From Gemmatimonadales bacterium (GTDB lineage Bacteria; Gemmatimonadota; Gemmatimonadetes; Gemmatimonadales; GWC2-71-9), in the NCBI GenBank assembly GCA_035309945.1, contig DATGEQ010000106.1, forward strand, positions 143,503-207,502: 64,000 bases of DNA, read 5' to 3'. Made by a program: the position numbers and the translations under genes. The notes below the pieces were generated by a model. That model was not told where the DNA came from, did not search any database, and worked only from the letters and a program-made list of their open reading frames with translations. Positions 9,734 to 17,997 of this stretch are shown in pieces; within the stretch, counting starts at the first letter, position 1, and each line of letters opens with the position of its first letter.

Positions 9734-12273
9734 GCGTCGAGCGCCTGACGGCGGCGACGCGCGCGCTATTGCAGGAGGAGATCGCCGCCGCCCACGGGCG
9801 CGAGGTGTCGTTCGTCGTCCGCGCCGATCCCAACGGCGCGCTCACCGACGCGCGCGTGGTCGCGCGCGGCACGATCGACGCGGTGCTCGCGCTCCCCGGC
9901 GTCGCGCAGAAGGGTGAGATGCTGCTCCACAATCATCCGAGCGGCTTCCTCGAGCCTTCCGGCGCCGATCTCCACGTCGCCGCGCGCCTGCACGATGAGG
10001 GCGTCGGCTTTGGTATCGTCGACAACGACGTCAGCACCCTGTACGTGGTGGTCGAGTGCCCGCGCGCCAGGAGTCTCACGCGACTCGACGCCCTCGCGGT
10101 CGCGAATCTGCTGGCGGAGCCCGGCCCCGTCGCGCGCGTGCTCGGCACCACGGCGTTCGAAGATCGGCCAGGCCAGCGGGACATGGCGGCCTACATCGCC
10201 GACGCCTACAACGACGGCGGCATTGCGCTGCTCGAAGCAGGAACCGGCGTGGGGAAGTCGTTCGCCTACCTCGTCCCCGCGCTCGAGTGGGCGCGGCTCA
10301 ACGGCGAGCGGACGATCGTTTCGACGAACACGATCAATCTCCAAGAGCAGCTCGTCGGCAAAGATCTGCCCATCCTGTCGCGCGCGTTCTCTACCGGCGA
10401 TCGCGCCGTGACGTTCGCGCTGCTCAAGGGCTGGCGTAACTACCTGTGTCTCTCTCGGCTCGAGCAAGCGCGCGCCGGTCAGGAATCGCTGTTCGACGAC
10501 GCGCGCGGCGCCGAGCTCGACGCCATCGCCGGCTGGGCGTCGCGGACGGCCGACGGCAGCCTGTCCGATCTCGTCGAGGAGCCGTCGAGCGACGTGTGGG
10601 ACGCGGTGGCGGCGGAGTCCGATCTTTGCACCCGACTCAAGTGCCCGCACTTCGACCGGTGCTTCGTTTTTGCGGCGCGGCGGCGCGCCGCGGAAGCGGA
10701 CGTCGTCATCGTCAATCATCACTTGCTCGCGTCGGATCTCGCGGTACGCATCGTCTCCGATAATTGGCAGGAAGCCGCTGTGCTGCCGCCGTACCGTCGC
10801 CTCGTACTCGACGAGGCGCATCATCTGGAGGACGTCGCGGCGCAGCACCTCGGCACTCAGGTCAGCATGCTCGGCGTGCAGCGGCTGCTGGGACGCCTCG
10901 AACGCAACGGCCGCGGCCTGTTGCCCACACTCGCCGCCGAGCTCAGCACCCACGAGGACCTGCTCGGCGCAGCCAGCCGCGACCTGCTGGGCCGCACGGT
11001 GCTCGACGCGCTCGCCGCCGCCCGGCGCGGGGCGGAGGAGCTGTTTGGCCGCCTGGCGCGACGCCTCGACGCAGAGCAGTCGGCCACGCCCGTGTTACGG
11101 CTGACCGACGCGTTCGCCGAGGACGCTGTGTGGCGCGAAGGGCTCGACGTGGCGCTCGACAATCTGCTCATCGCCTTCAGCAAGCTGCGCGATGGTGTCG
11201 AGACGATCGCCGATCGCCTTTCGATTGACGATCCGGCGGAAATGCGGACACGGCTGATCGGCGAATTGCGCGGCGTGGTTCGCCGTTTGGATACGGCCGC
11301 GGATGCCCTCAAAGCGACGCTGCAACCGCGCAACCCGTCCGCCCATCTGCCCACGAGCCCATCGGTTCGTTGGATGGAGCGCCGCGGCCGCCGCACACCC
11401 AATCTCACGCTTTCGGCGGTGCCGCTCGATCTCGCGCCGGTTCTCAAGGAGGCGCTGTTCGATCGTGTCGAGACGGTCGTGTTGACGAGCGCGACGCTCG
11501 CGGCTGGCGGCGAGTTCACCTTCCTCGAAGAGCGACTCGGTTTGTCGCTGCCGCCCTCGCGCGTAACGGTCCGCGAAATCCTTCCGTCGCCGTTCGATTT
11601 CGGCGCGCAGTGCGTGTTTGGGATTCCCACGGACATCCCCGAGCCCCGCGACGACGAATCAGGCCACGGCGCCGCGGTCGCGCGTGTGCTGCTCGAGCTG
11701 GCGCACGCCTCGGACGGCGGGATCTTCGGGCTGTTCACGAGCTACGCCGCTCTCCGCCGCACCGCCGAGGCCGTCCGCGGGCACATCAACGGCCGCTGGC
11801 CGCTGCTCGTTCAGGGAGAGGGGCAACGCGATCAACTGTTGCGCCGGTTCCGCGAGGCCGGGTCGGCGATTCTGCTCGGCACCGATTCGTTTTGGGAAGG
11901 GGTCGACGTGCCGGGACGCGCGTTGCGTGTGCTCATCCTCGCAAAACTGCCGTTCAAGGTCCCGACCGAGCCGCTAACCGCCGCGCGGCTCGAGCGTCTG
12001 ACGCAAGCCGGAGTGGACGGATTCACGCACTACCTCGTTCCCCTCGCGGCACTCAAGTTGAAACAGGGGTTCGGGCGCCTCATCCGCACCAAATCGGACG
12101 TCGGCGTGGTAGTGCTGCTGGACCGGCGGGTCGTCACCAAACGGTATGGCGCGGCGATGCTCGAAGGCTTGCCGCCCGCTGCGAGGGCGATCGGTAACTG
12201 GCCGGATGTACGGCGAGAAGTCGAAGAATTCTTTGCGATGCACAGTATCGGCAGCCCCCCGTCTTGGAGCTAG
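9730..12273 (+). CDS. dinG: DinG/XPD-family Fe-S helicase with an N-terminal RadC-like JAMM (JAB/MPN+) domain
   Basis: The N-terminus carries HNHPSGFLEPSGAD, which matches HxHx7Sx2D. The helicase part has Walker A GTGVGKS, DEAH box VLDEAHHLED and a 4-Cys cluster (CLSRL...CTRLKCPHFDRC). GTGA overlap with the upstream gene. Confidence 0.85.
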   Translation: MSVERLTAATRALLQEEIAAAHGREVSFVVRADPNGALTDARVVARGTIDAVLALPGVAQKGEMLLHNHPSGFLEPSGADLHVAARLHDEGVGFGIVDNDVSTLYVVVECPRARSLTRLDALAVANLLAEPGPVARVLGTTAFEDRPGQRDMAAYIADAYNDGGIALLEAGTGVGKSFAYLVPALEWARLNGERTIVSTNTINLQEQLVGKDLPILSRAFSTGDRAVTFALLKGWRNYLCLSRLEQARAGQESLFDDARGAELDAIAGWASRTADGSLSDLVEEPSSDVWDAVAAESDLCTRLKCPHFDRCFVFAARRRAAEADVVIVNHHLLASDLAVRIVSDNWQEAAVLPPYRRLVLDEAHHLEDVAAQHLGTQVSMLGVQRLLGRLERNGRGLLPTLAAELSTHEDLLGAASRDLLGRTVLDALAAARRGAEELFGRLARRLDAEQSATPVLRLTDAFAEDAVWREGLDVALDNLLIAFSKLRDGVETIADRLSIDDPAEMRTRLIGELRGVVRRLDTAADALKATLQPRNPSAHLPTSPSVRWMERRGRRTPNLTLSAVPLDLAPVLKEALFDRVETVVLTSATLAAGGEFTFLEERLGLSLPPSRVTVREILPSPFDFGAQCVFGIPTDIPEPRDDESGHGAAVARVLLELAHASDGGIFGLFTSYAALRRTAEAVRGHINGRWPLLVQGEGQRDQLLRRFREAGSAILLGTDSFWEGVDVPGRALRVLILAKLPFKVPTEPLTAARLERLTQAGVDGFTHYLVPLAALKLKQGFGRLIRTKSDVGVVVLLDRRVVTKRYGAAMLEGLPPAARAIGNWPDVRREVEEFFAMHSIGSPPSWS

Positions 12274-12282
12274 ATTTACTCG

Positions 12283-13455
12283 ATGAGTTTTGCCAGACGC
12301 GTAGCACAATTGCCGACATATCCGATGGCGGAGTTGCCCGCCATCAAGCGCCGCCTGATCGAGGAGGGCGTCGACGTCATCGACGTCGGGGCGGGAGACG
12401 CCGACTTCCCGCCGCCCGAGATCGCGGTTCAGGCGCTGACGCGGGCGCTCGAGGACCCGGCGATGAGCCGTTACGCGTTCCAGCTTGGCCTCCCCGCCTT
12501 TCGCGAATCGGCTGCCGCCTACATGCAGCGGCGCTTTGGCGTCCGCATCGATCCGTTCAAAGAGCTGCACCCGATCCTCGGCTCAAAAGAGGGCATTGCG
12601 CACCTCGCGACTGCCGTCCTGAACCCCGGCGACGTCGCCATCGTGCCGGTGCCGGGCTATGCCGTCTATCATGGCGGCACGGTGCTCGCGGACGGCGAGC
12701 CGTATCTCGTCAACCTGACGCCGCGCAACGATTTTCTGCTCGAGCTGGATGAGATTCCCGCGGATGTTCTCAAGAAAGCAAAGCTCGTCTATCTCAATTA
12801 CCCGAATAATCCCACGGCGGCGATCGCGCCGCGCGATTATCTGAAGCGCGTGATTGCCGCCTGCAAGAAACACGATCTCGTGCTCGCGTACGACAATCCG
12901 TACTGCGAGATCACGTTCGACGGCTACGTCGCGCCGTCGATCTTCGAGATCCAAGGCGCGATGGACGTCGCGGTAGAGTTTCATTCGCTGTCCAAGAGTT
13001 TCTGCATGACGGGCTGGCGCCTCGGTTGGGCGGTTGGCCGGCCGGATCGGATCGCCGCGCTCGCGCGTGTCAAGAACTACATCGACACGGGCGCGTTCCT
13101 CGCGGTGCAGGCGGCGGGCGCCGCGGTGCTGAACCAGGCTGAGCATATCGCGGCCGCGTATGCGGCCCAGTTCCGCGAGCGGCGTGATGCGATTCTGCCG
13201 GCCTTGCGCGCGAACGGCTTCGAGGTCGAATCACCGCGCGCGACGTTGTACGTCTGGATCCCGTTGCCCGAAGGACTGCCGTCGGCTGCGTTCCAGAAGC
13301 GCGCGCTGGAGGACGTCGGCGTCGTGACGTTGCCCGGCAGCGCATTCGGTGCGGGCGCAGAAGGATTTTTCCGCATTGCGTTGACGCTGCCGTCGCCGCG
13401 CCTCATCGAAGCGACCGAACGGCTCGGAAAGGTGCTCGGGGGCGCCCCTGTTTGA
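12283..13455 (+). CDS. PLP-dependent aminotransferase, class I/II (LL-diaminopimelate/aspartate aminotransferase-like)
   Basis: 390 aa with the PLP-lysine motif SLSKSFCMTGWRLGW and an NYPNNPT motif. Confidence 0.8.
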   Translation: MSFARRVAQLPTYPMAELPAIKRRLIEEGVDVIDVGAGDADFPPPEIAVQALTRALEDPAMSRYAFQLGLPAFRESAAAYMQRRFGVRIDPFKELHPILGSKEGIAHLATAVLNPGDVAIVPVPGYAVYHGGTVLADGEPYLVNLTPRNDFLLELDEIPADVLKKAKLVYLNYPNNPTAAIAPRDYLKRVIAACKKHDLVLAYDNPYCEITFDGYVAPSIFEIQGAMDVAVEFHSLSKSFCMTGWRLGWAVGRPDRIAALARVKNYIDTGAFLAVQAAGAAVLNQAEHIAAAYAAQFRERRDAILPALRANGFEVESPRATLYVWIPLPEGLPSAAFQKRALEDVGVVTLPGSAFGAGAEGFFRIALTLPSPRLIEATERLGKVLGGAPV

Positions 13456-13540
13456 CCGCCATGTAGATCGGCAACCGGTCGGCCGCGCCTGGCTGATCAC
13501 CGCGGCGATTCACGTATTCGCCGTCGTACTGATCTTCACG

Positions 13541-14299
13541 GTGAACTGGGCGGCGCCGTGGCGGCACACGACCTATGTCGTAATGGAGCCGCTGAACGCC
13601 GGGGACTCCGTCGTCTACGTGCCGGGGACTCGCGAAGTCCGCGCCAGGGGTCCGAAGATTCTGGCGACTCGCAAGGAGCCCGCGCCGCCACCGCCGCCAG
13701 CAGTCGCTCCGCCACCGCCCGCCGCGCCGGCGCCGCCGGAATCCACGGTGACAGTCCTCGCCTACGATCCCAACGCGAGTCGCGTGGCTCCGGCGCCGCA
13801 GGTTGGCGACGGCAAGCTGTGGGTGAGTCCGCGGCCCGGTCTCCCCGCTGCCGTGGCTGACGCGATCTATGGAGACACCTCCACCGAGACGCGGCACACC
13901 GCGGCGATCCAACGGCTCAAGGCGATGGTGGATACGTTGAATCAGGTGCTCGATCAGGAGCAGCGTGAACATCGTCGTCCGTCCTGGACGCTCGGCGGCA
14001 CGCCCGACAAACCCGAGTGGGGGATCGATTCCGCGTACATCCACATCGCGGGCATCAAGATTCCGACGGCGGTTCTGGCGGGGCTCGGCTATCTGATGAA
14101 AGGCGGCGGCAATTTCGACGAAGACATGCGTAACCGCCAGCTCGCCGACATGCGCGCCGACATTCTCCAGGCCGCGAATCGCGCGCAGTCGCTGGCGCAG
14201 TTCCGGCGCTACGTGCGCGAGCTCCGCGAGCGCAAGCAGGCCGAGCGTGATGCCGATGAGCGGCGGCGCGCCCAGGATACGGTCAAAGCCGTACCCTAG
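13541..14299 (+). CDS. hypothetical proline-rich protein (true start uncertain)
   Basis: The first canonical start is GTG 13541. The in-frame upstream stretch (from about 13448) encodes a hydrophobic helix (AWLITAAIHVFAVVLIF) but has no ATG, GTG or TTG. Confidence 0.5.
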   Translation: MNWAAPWRHTTYVVMEPLNAGDSVVYVPGTREVRARGPKILATRKEPAPPPPPAVAPPPPAAPAPPESTVTVLAYDPNASRVAPAPQVGDGKLWVSPRPGLPAAVADAIYGDTSTETRHTAAIQRLKAMVDTLNQVLDQEQREHRRPSWTLGGTPDKPEWGIDSAYIHIAGIKIPTAVLAGLGYLMKGGGNFDEDMRNRQLADMRADILQAANRAQSLAQFRRYVRELRERKQAERDADERRRAQDTVKAVP

Positions 14300-14332
14300 T
14301 TGGACCGTGGGGCGGATGCGATCTTCGTCTGC

Positions 14333-14740
14333 ATGAGATCGGTCCGCATCGCAGTAATTCTTTCCATCGTATCGTTCGCTCCCGCGGCGCTCCGCGCCCA
14401 GTCGCTCGACCGCATCGAGCAGCGCCTGCGCGCGAACATCACCGCCGCGCATGAAAGCCAGATCGTGTATCTCCAGCGTGTCGTCGACATCCCGAGCAGC
14501 ACATTGAATCTCGAAGGGGTGCGCAAAGTCCGCGCGGTGTTCCGCGCGTCGTTCGATTCGCTCGGGTTCACGACGAGCTGGGCCGCCGTGCTCGGCGCGC
14601 TGGGCAGCGGCTCTCACGCGCCGGGCGAGCGCGTCGATCTCAAGTCGCTCACGATGCAGACCGAACGCGCGGCTTTGTTGTTTTACCGGTTGGGGAAGCG
14701 GCCGGCGTCGCAATTCGCGCGGCAGACCGGGGCGAACTGA
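14333..14740 (+). pseudogene. internally deleted M20-family peptidase remnant (signal peptide, N-terminal part and C-terminal tail only)
   Basis: 135 aa. The N-terminal part (RIEQRL...YLQRVVDIPSSTLNLEGV.KV...F...F..LGF) and the C-terminal tail (GSGSHAPGERVDLKSL....RAALLFYRL) resemble the two ends of M20 carboxypeptidases of about 400 aa. The whole catalytic core is absent. Confidence 0.55.
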
Positions 14741-15990
14741 TGCTCGTCGCGCTCACGATTCTGGCTGCGCTCGCCGTGCAAGACACGACGGTCCTGCGGG
14801 CGGCCACCGTCATCGACGGTCGCGGGGCCGTTCAGCACAATGTCGATATCTTCGTCGCCGGCGGCCGCATCATGCGGATCGCGGTCCGCGGGGCCGCGCC
14901 GGCGGGAACGCGTCTCGTAGATCTCGGCGACCGCACGGTGTTGCCCGGACTCATCGACGCGCACGCGCATCCGGCCTGGTACTTCAATCGCCAGAATCGC
15001 CTGCATACGCCGAACGACGGCGATACCCCCGCGCAGTCGATGCTCGCTGCGGCGGCGAACGTGTATGCGACGCTCCTGGCCGGCTTCACGACCATCCAGA
15101 GCGTGGGATCGCGCAGCGACGCCGACCTGCGCGACTGGATCGCGACGCAAGGGCTGCCGGGGCCGCGGATCCTCACGTCGCTCGATCCGCTGGCCGATCC
15201 AAGCCTCAGCCCGGATTCCATGCGCGCGCTCGTGCGCGCGCGCAAAGCGCAGGGCGCCGATCTCATCAAGATTTTCGCGTCCGCGAGCATTCGCGAAGGC
15301 GGCCGGCCGACGCTTTCCGACTCGCAGCTCGTCGCGGTGTGCGGCGAAGCGAAGGCGCTGGGTTTGCGCGCGCTGGTGCACGCGCACGCCGCGGCCGCCG
15401 TGCGCTCAGCGACCCTCGCCGGGTGCACCCAAGTCGAGCACGGGCTCTTCGTCACGCCGGACGTGCTCGAGCTCATGGCACAGCATGGGACCTATTTCGA
15501 TCCACAGTGCGCGCTCGTGTTCCGCAACTATCTCGACCATCGCGCCAACTATCAGGGCATCGGCAATTACACCGATTCCGGATTTGCGGCGATGGAGCGT
15601 GTGCTACCGCTCGCGGCGCAGGACATCCGCCTGGCGCTGGCGACGCCGGGCCTCAAGGTGGTGTACGGTACCGACGCCGTGGCGGGCGCCGACGGCCATA
15701 ATGCCGAGGATCTGATCTGTCGCGTACAAAAATCGGGTGAAACACCCATGCACGCGATTCAAGCCGCGACGTCGCTCAATGCGCAGGCCATGGGCCTCGG
15801 CGACGAGCTCGGCGCGATCGCGCCGGGACTCGACGCGGACATCATCGCCGTCGACGGCGATCCCCTCAAGGACATTACCGCGTTGCGGCGCGTGAGCTTC
15901 GTGATGAAGAGCGGGCGCGTGGTCCGCAATGATGGCGTGAGCGCGACGCCGACGAGCGGCGCCGCGCTCAAGGTACGGTCGAAGCCGTAG
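14740..15990 (+). CDS. amidohydrolase-family metallo-hydrolase
   Basis: VIDGRG......DI.V.GGRI..I, then LPGLIDAHAHP (HxH metal motif), and later VHAH and AVDGDPL motifs. The ATG overlaps the upstream stop. Confidence 0.8.
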   Translation: MLVALTILAALAVQDTTVLRAATVIDGRGAVQHNVDIFVAGGRIMRIAVRGAAPAGTRLVDLGDRTVLPGLIDAHAHPAWYFNRQNRLHTPNDGDTPAQSMLAAAANVYATLLAGFTTIQSVGSRSDADLRDWIATQGLPGPRILTSLDPLADPSLSPDSMRALVRARKAQGADLIKIFASASIREGGRPTLSDSQLVAVCGEAKALGLRALVHAHAAAAVRSATLAGCTQVEHGLFVTPDVLELMAQHGTYFDPQCALVFRNYLDHRANYQGIGNYTDSGFAAMERVLPLAAQDIRLALATPGLKVVYGTDAVAGADGHNAEDLICRVQKSGETPMHAIQAATSLNAQAMGLGDELGAIAPGLDADIIAVDGDPLKDITALRRVSFVMKSGRVVRNDGVSATPTSGAALKVRSKP

Positions 15991-15995
15991 GTGAT

Positions 15996-16454
15996 TTACT
16001 GCTTTACCAACTGCCCGCGAATTTCTCCGCCCGGGTGTGCCTTTGTATGGATGTTGACATAAGTATTTCCCGCTCGCAGCAAGGTGATGACACTATCGGG
16101 CGGGACCGCCGAGCCGTTTGCCACGGTGCCGGTGAACCCTACACCCGTTGCTATCACGGCGAGGTTCTGGATGACGCCGCCAGCGGAATCGGCCAGACCG
16201 CGGTGAATATGGCCAGCGATGACACTATCGATAGCGGTGGTGATATCAACTTTCCAGGTGATCTGGGTTCCCAGGACCGTCACGATCGCGTGGGCCGTGG
16301 CGGTTGTGGTGACGGGCGTCGGCCGTTCATTGGCTCCATTCAGGTCGGCCGTGTAGACTTCTAGCCCCGCGGGAATGCCGGTCGAGTTGCTGTTGTTGCA
16401 CCCGGCGAAGGCCGTGATCGCTGTGAACATCGCCATTGCTCGCGACAAATTCAT
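15996..16454 (-). CDS. CHRD-domain lipoprotein
   Basis: The internal ATG 16454 is preceded by AAGGAGG. Lipobox AFAGC. CHRD motifs GHIHRG and NIHTKAHPGGEIRGQL. Confidence 0.8.
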   Translation of the reverse strand: MNLSRAMAMFTAITAFAGCNNSNSTGIPAGLEVYTADLNGANERPTPVTTTATAHAIVTVLGTQITWKVDITTAIDSVIAGHIHRGLADSAGGVIQNLAVIATGVGFTGTVANGSAVPPDSVITLLRAGNTYVNIHTKAHPGGEIRGQLVKQ

Positions 16455-16541
16455 ATCGGGTTCCTCCTTGGACAGCTTATCACAGGTGAAACTGCACAAA
16501 GCGTCGAGACGAAACGCGGCCTCCTTTCTCATCGCTGACGG

Positions 16542-16946
16542 TTATTGGACGACGACCTTCCCGGTCATGAAGGGGTGCGGCGTACAGTGGTAGAGAAAAA
16601 TTCCTGACGCGGCGAAGGTGTGTGAGAACGTATTACCCGGAGCGAGGTCGGGAGAGCTCCAGACGGCGCTGTCGGACGTCGTGGTGTGCGGCTCCGTCCC
16701 GGCGTCCTCGCAATTGACCCAGGTAACTGTCGCGCCCCGCGGCACGTTGAGCGAGTCGGGATGGAAGGCGAAATTCCGAATCGCGACGAGATAGTGCAAC
16801 GAGTCGATGGTCGAAACGGGCACTCGACACTCGGCGGCGGTATTCACGGTCGGGCCGGAGCCGCGCTCGGAGAAGCACGCAAGGACCCCGGTGCCGACGC
16901 TGATCGCGCCGCATAGCAGGGCGACGGCTCTACGAGTTGGAGTCAT
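16542..16946 (-). CDS. amicyanin/plastocyanin-like type-1 copper protein (cupredoxin)
   Basis: 134 aa with a signal or lipoprotein N-terminus. The ligand set is His...YHCTPHPFM..KVVV. Confidence 0.85.
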   Translation of the reverse strand: MTPTRRAVALLCGAISVGTGVLACFSERGSGPTVNTAAECRVPVSTIDSLHYLVAIRNFAFHPDSLNVPRGATVTWVNCEDAGTEPHTTTSDSAVWSSPDLAPGNTFSHTFAASGIFLYHCTPHPFMTGKVVVQ

Positions 16947-16949
16947 GGG

Positions 16950-17987
16950 TCACCTCACCACCACGACGGCCTTCATGAACGGATGCGGCGTGCAATGGAG
17001 CGCGTACTCGCCGGGTTGCGTGAACGTGTGACTCCAGCTCTTCCCGGGTTCGATCGGCCCTGAGTCCCACGATCCGTCATCGGCGGTGACGGTATGAACG
17101 AGTGGATCGTTGTTGGTCCACGTGACCGTCGTGCCGGCCGCGATCTGGATGCGCTTGGGATTGAAGGACACCGTACGCATTTCGACAGCGGTGACGGGAC
17201 CCGTCACCACGCCTGCCGCGCCTTTTGACGCCGTTTCGCTCCTTTTCCCGAAATAGCGACTGAGCGTGAAAGGAATCGTGAACTCGAACCCGCCCCGAAC
17301 CCTGTCGATGCCGCGCGACTCGCCTTGCAGCGTCGCCGTGTTCGTGTTCGTCACCTGCAGCGAGAACGTGTGCGGCGAGTAGGGAATCGCGATCTGGAGC
17401 GCCGCGCCCCACGCAGCCTTCTCGCTGGGCCGGCGGTCGAGCAGTGTGGTCACGTCCCCCGCCAGCGCGAACCAGCGGTTGAGTCGTAGCGTCGCGCCGC
17501 CGCCGACGGCATAGCGTGTCGTGTCGCTGTGGTAACCGTTGGAGAGCATTCTGCCGACCGCCAAGAGCCGGATGCGGCCAAGGCTGCGAGCGGCGGTGAG
17601 CTCAGCGTCAAAACTTGTTGCCGCCTGGTTGTAACCGGCCTGCAAGGCGAGACCGCGCTGTCCGTAGCGCGCGAACGCCTCCCACTCGTTCGGGAACGCG
17701 GCGGCGATGTCGGATGAGGTCGCGTAGTTGACGCCGATGAGCAGCGGGAGCGGCAGCTGGTACGCGAGCAGAAACGTCGGTGAATTCGTGACCTTGCGGA
17801 GCGGAGGATCGCTCACGCCGAAACGATGCACGAAGTTGAACTGCAAGGTGCCGGGTGCGCCCAGCCAGCCTCCCGATAGATTGGGCGGCCGATCGAGCAC
17901 CGACTGGCCTCGGGCTACATCAGCGACTCCAACGACAGCGGATAGGGCGCAGGAGAGGGACACTGCGATCCGACCAAGCTGGGCCAA
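16950..17987 (-). CDS. predicted outer-membrane beta-barrel domain fused to a C-terminal cupredoxin domain
   Basis: TTG start with a GGAGGG SD 4 nt upstream. After a signal peptide come about 250 aa of alternating beta-strand-like sequence, then ..VHTV...HCTPHPFMKAVVVVR, a complete type-1 Cu ligand set. Confidence 0.75.
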   Translation of the reverse strand: MAQLGRIAVSLSCALSAVVGVADVARGQSVLDRPPNLSGGWLGAPGTLQFNFVHRFGVSDPPLRKVTNSPTFLLAYQLPLPLLIGVNYATSSDIAAAFPNEWEAFARYGQRGLALQAGYNQAATSFDAELTAARSLGRIRLLAVGRMLSNGYHSDTTRYAVGGGATLRLNRWFALAGDVTTLLDRRPSEKAAWGAALQIAIPYSPHTFSLQVTNTNTATLQGESRGIDRVRGGFEFTIPFTLSRYFGKRSETASKGAAGVVTGPVTAVEMRTVSFNPKRIQIAAGTTVTWTNNDPLVHTVTADDGSWDSGPIEPGKSWSHTFTQPGEYALHCTPHPFMKAVVVVR

Positions 17988-17997
17988 CCGACCCTCC

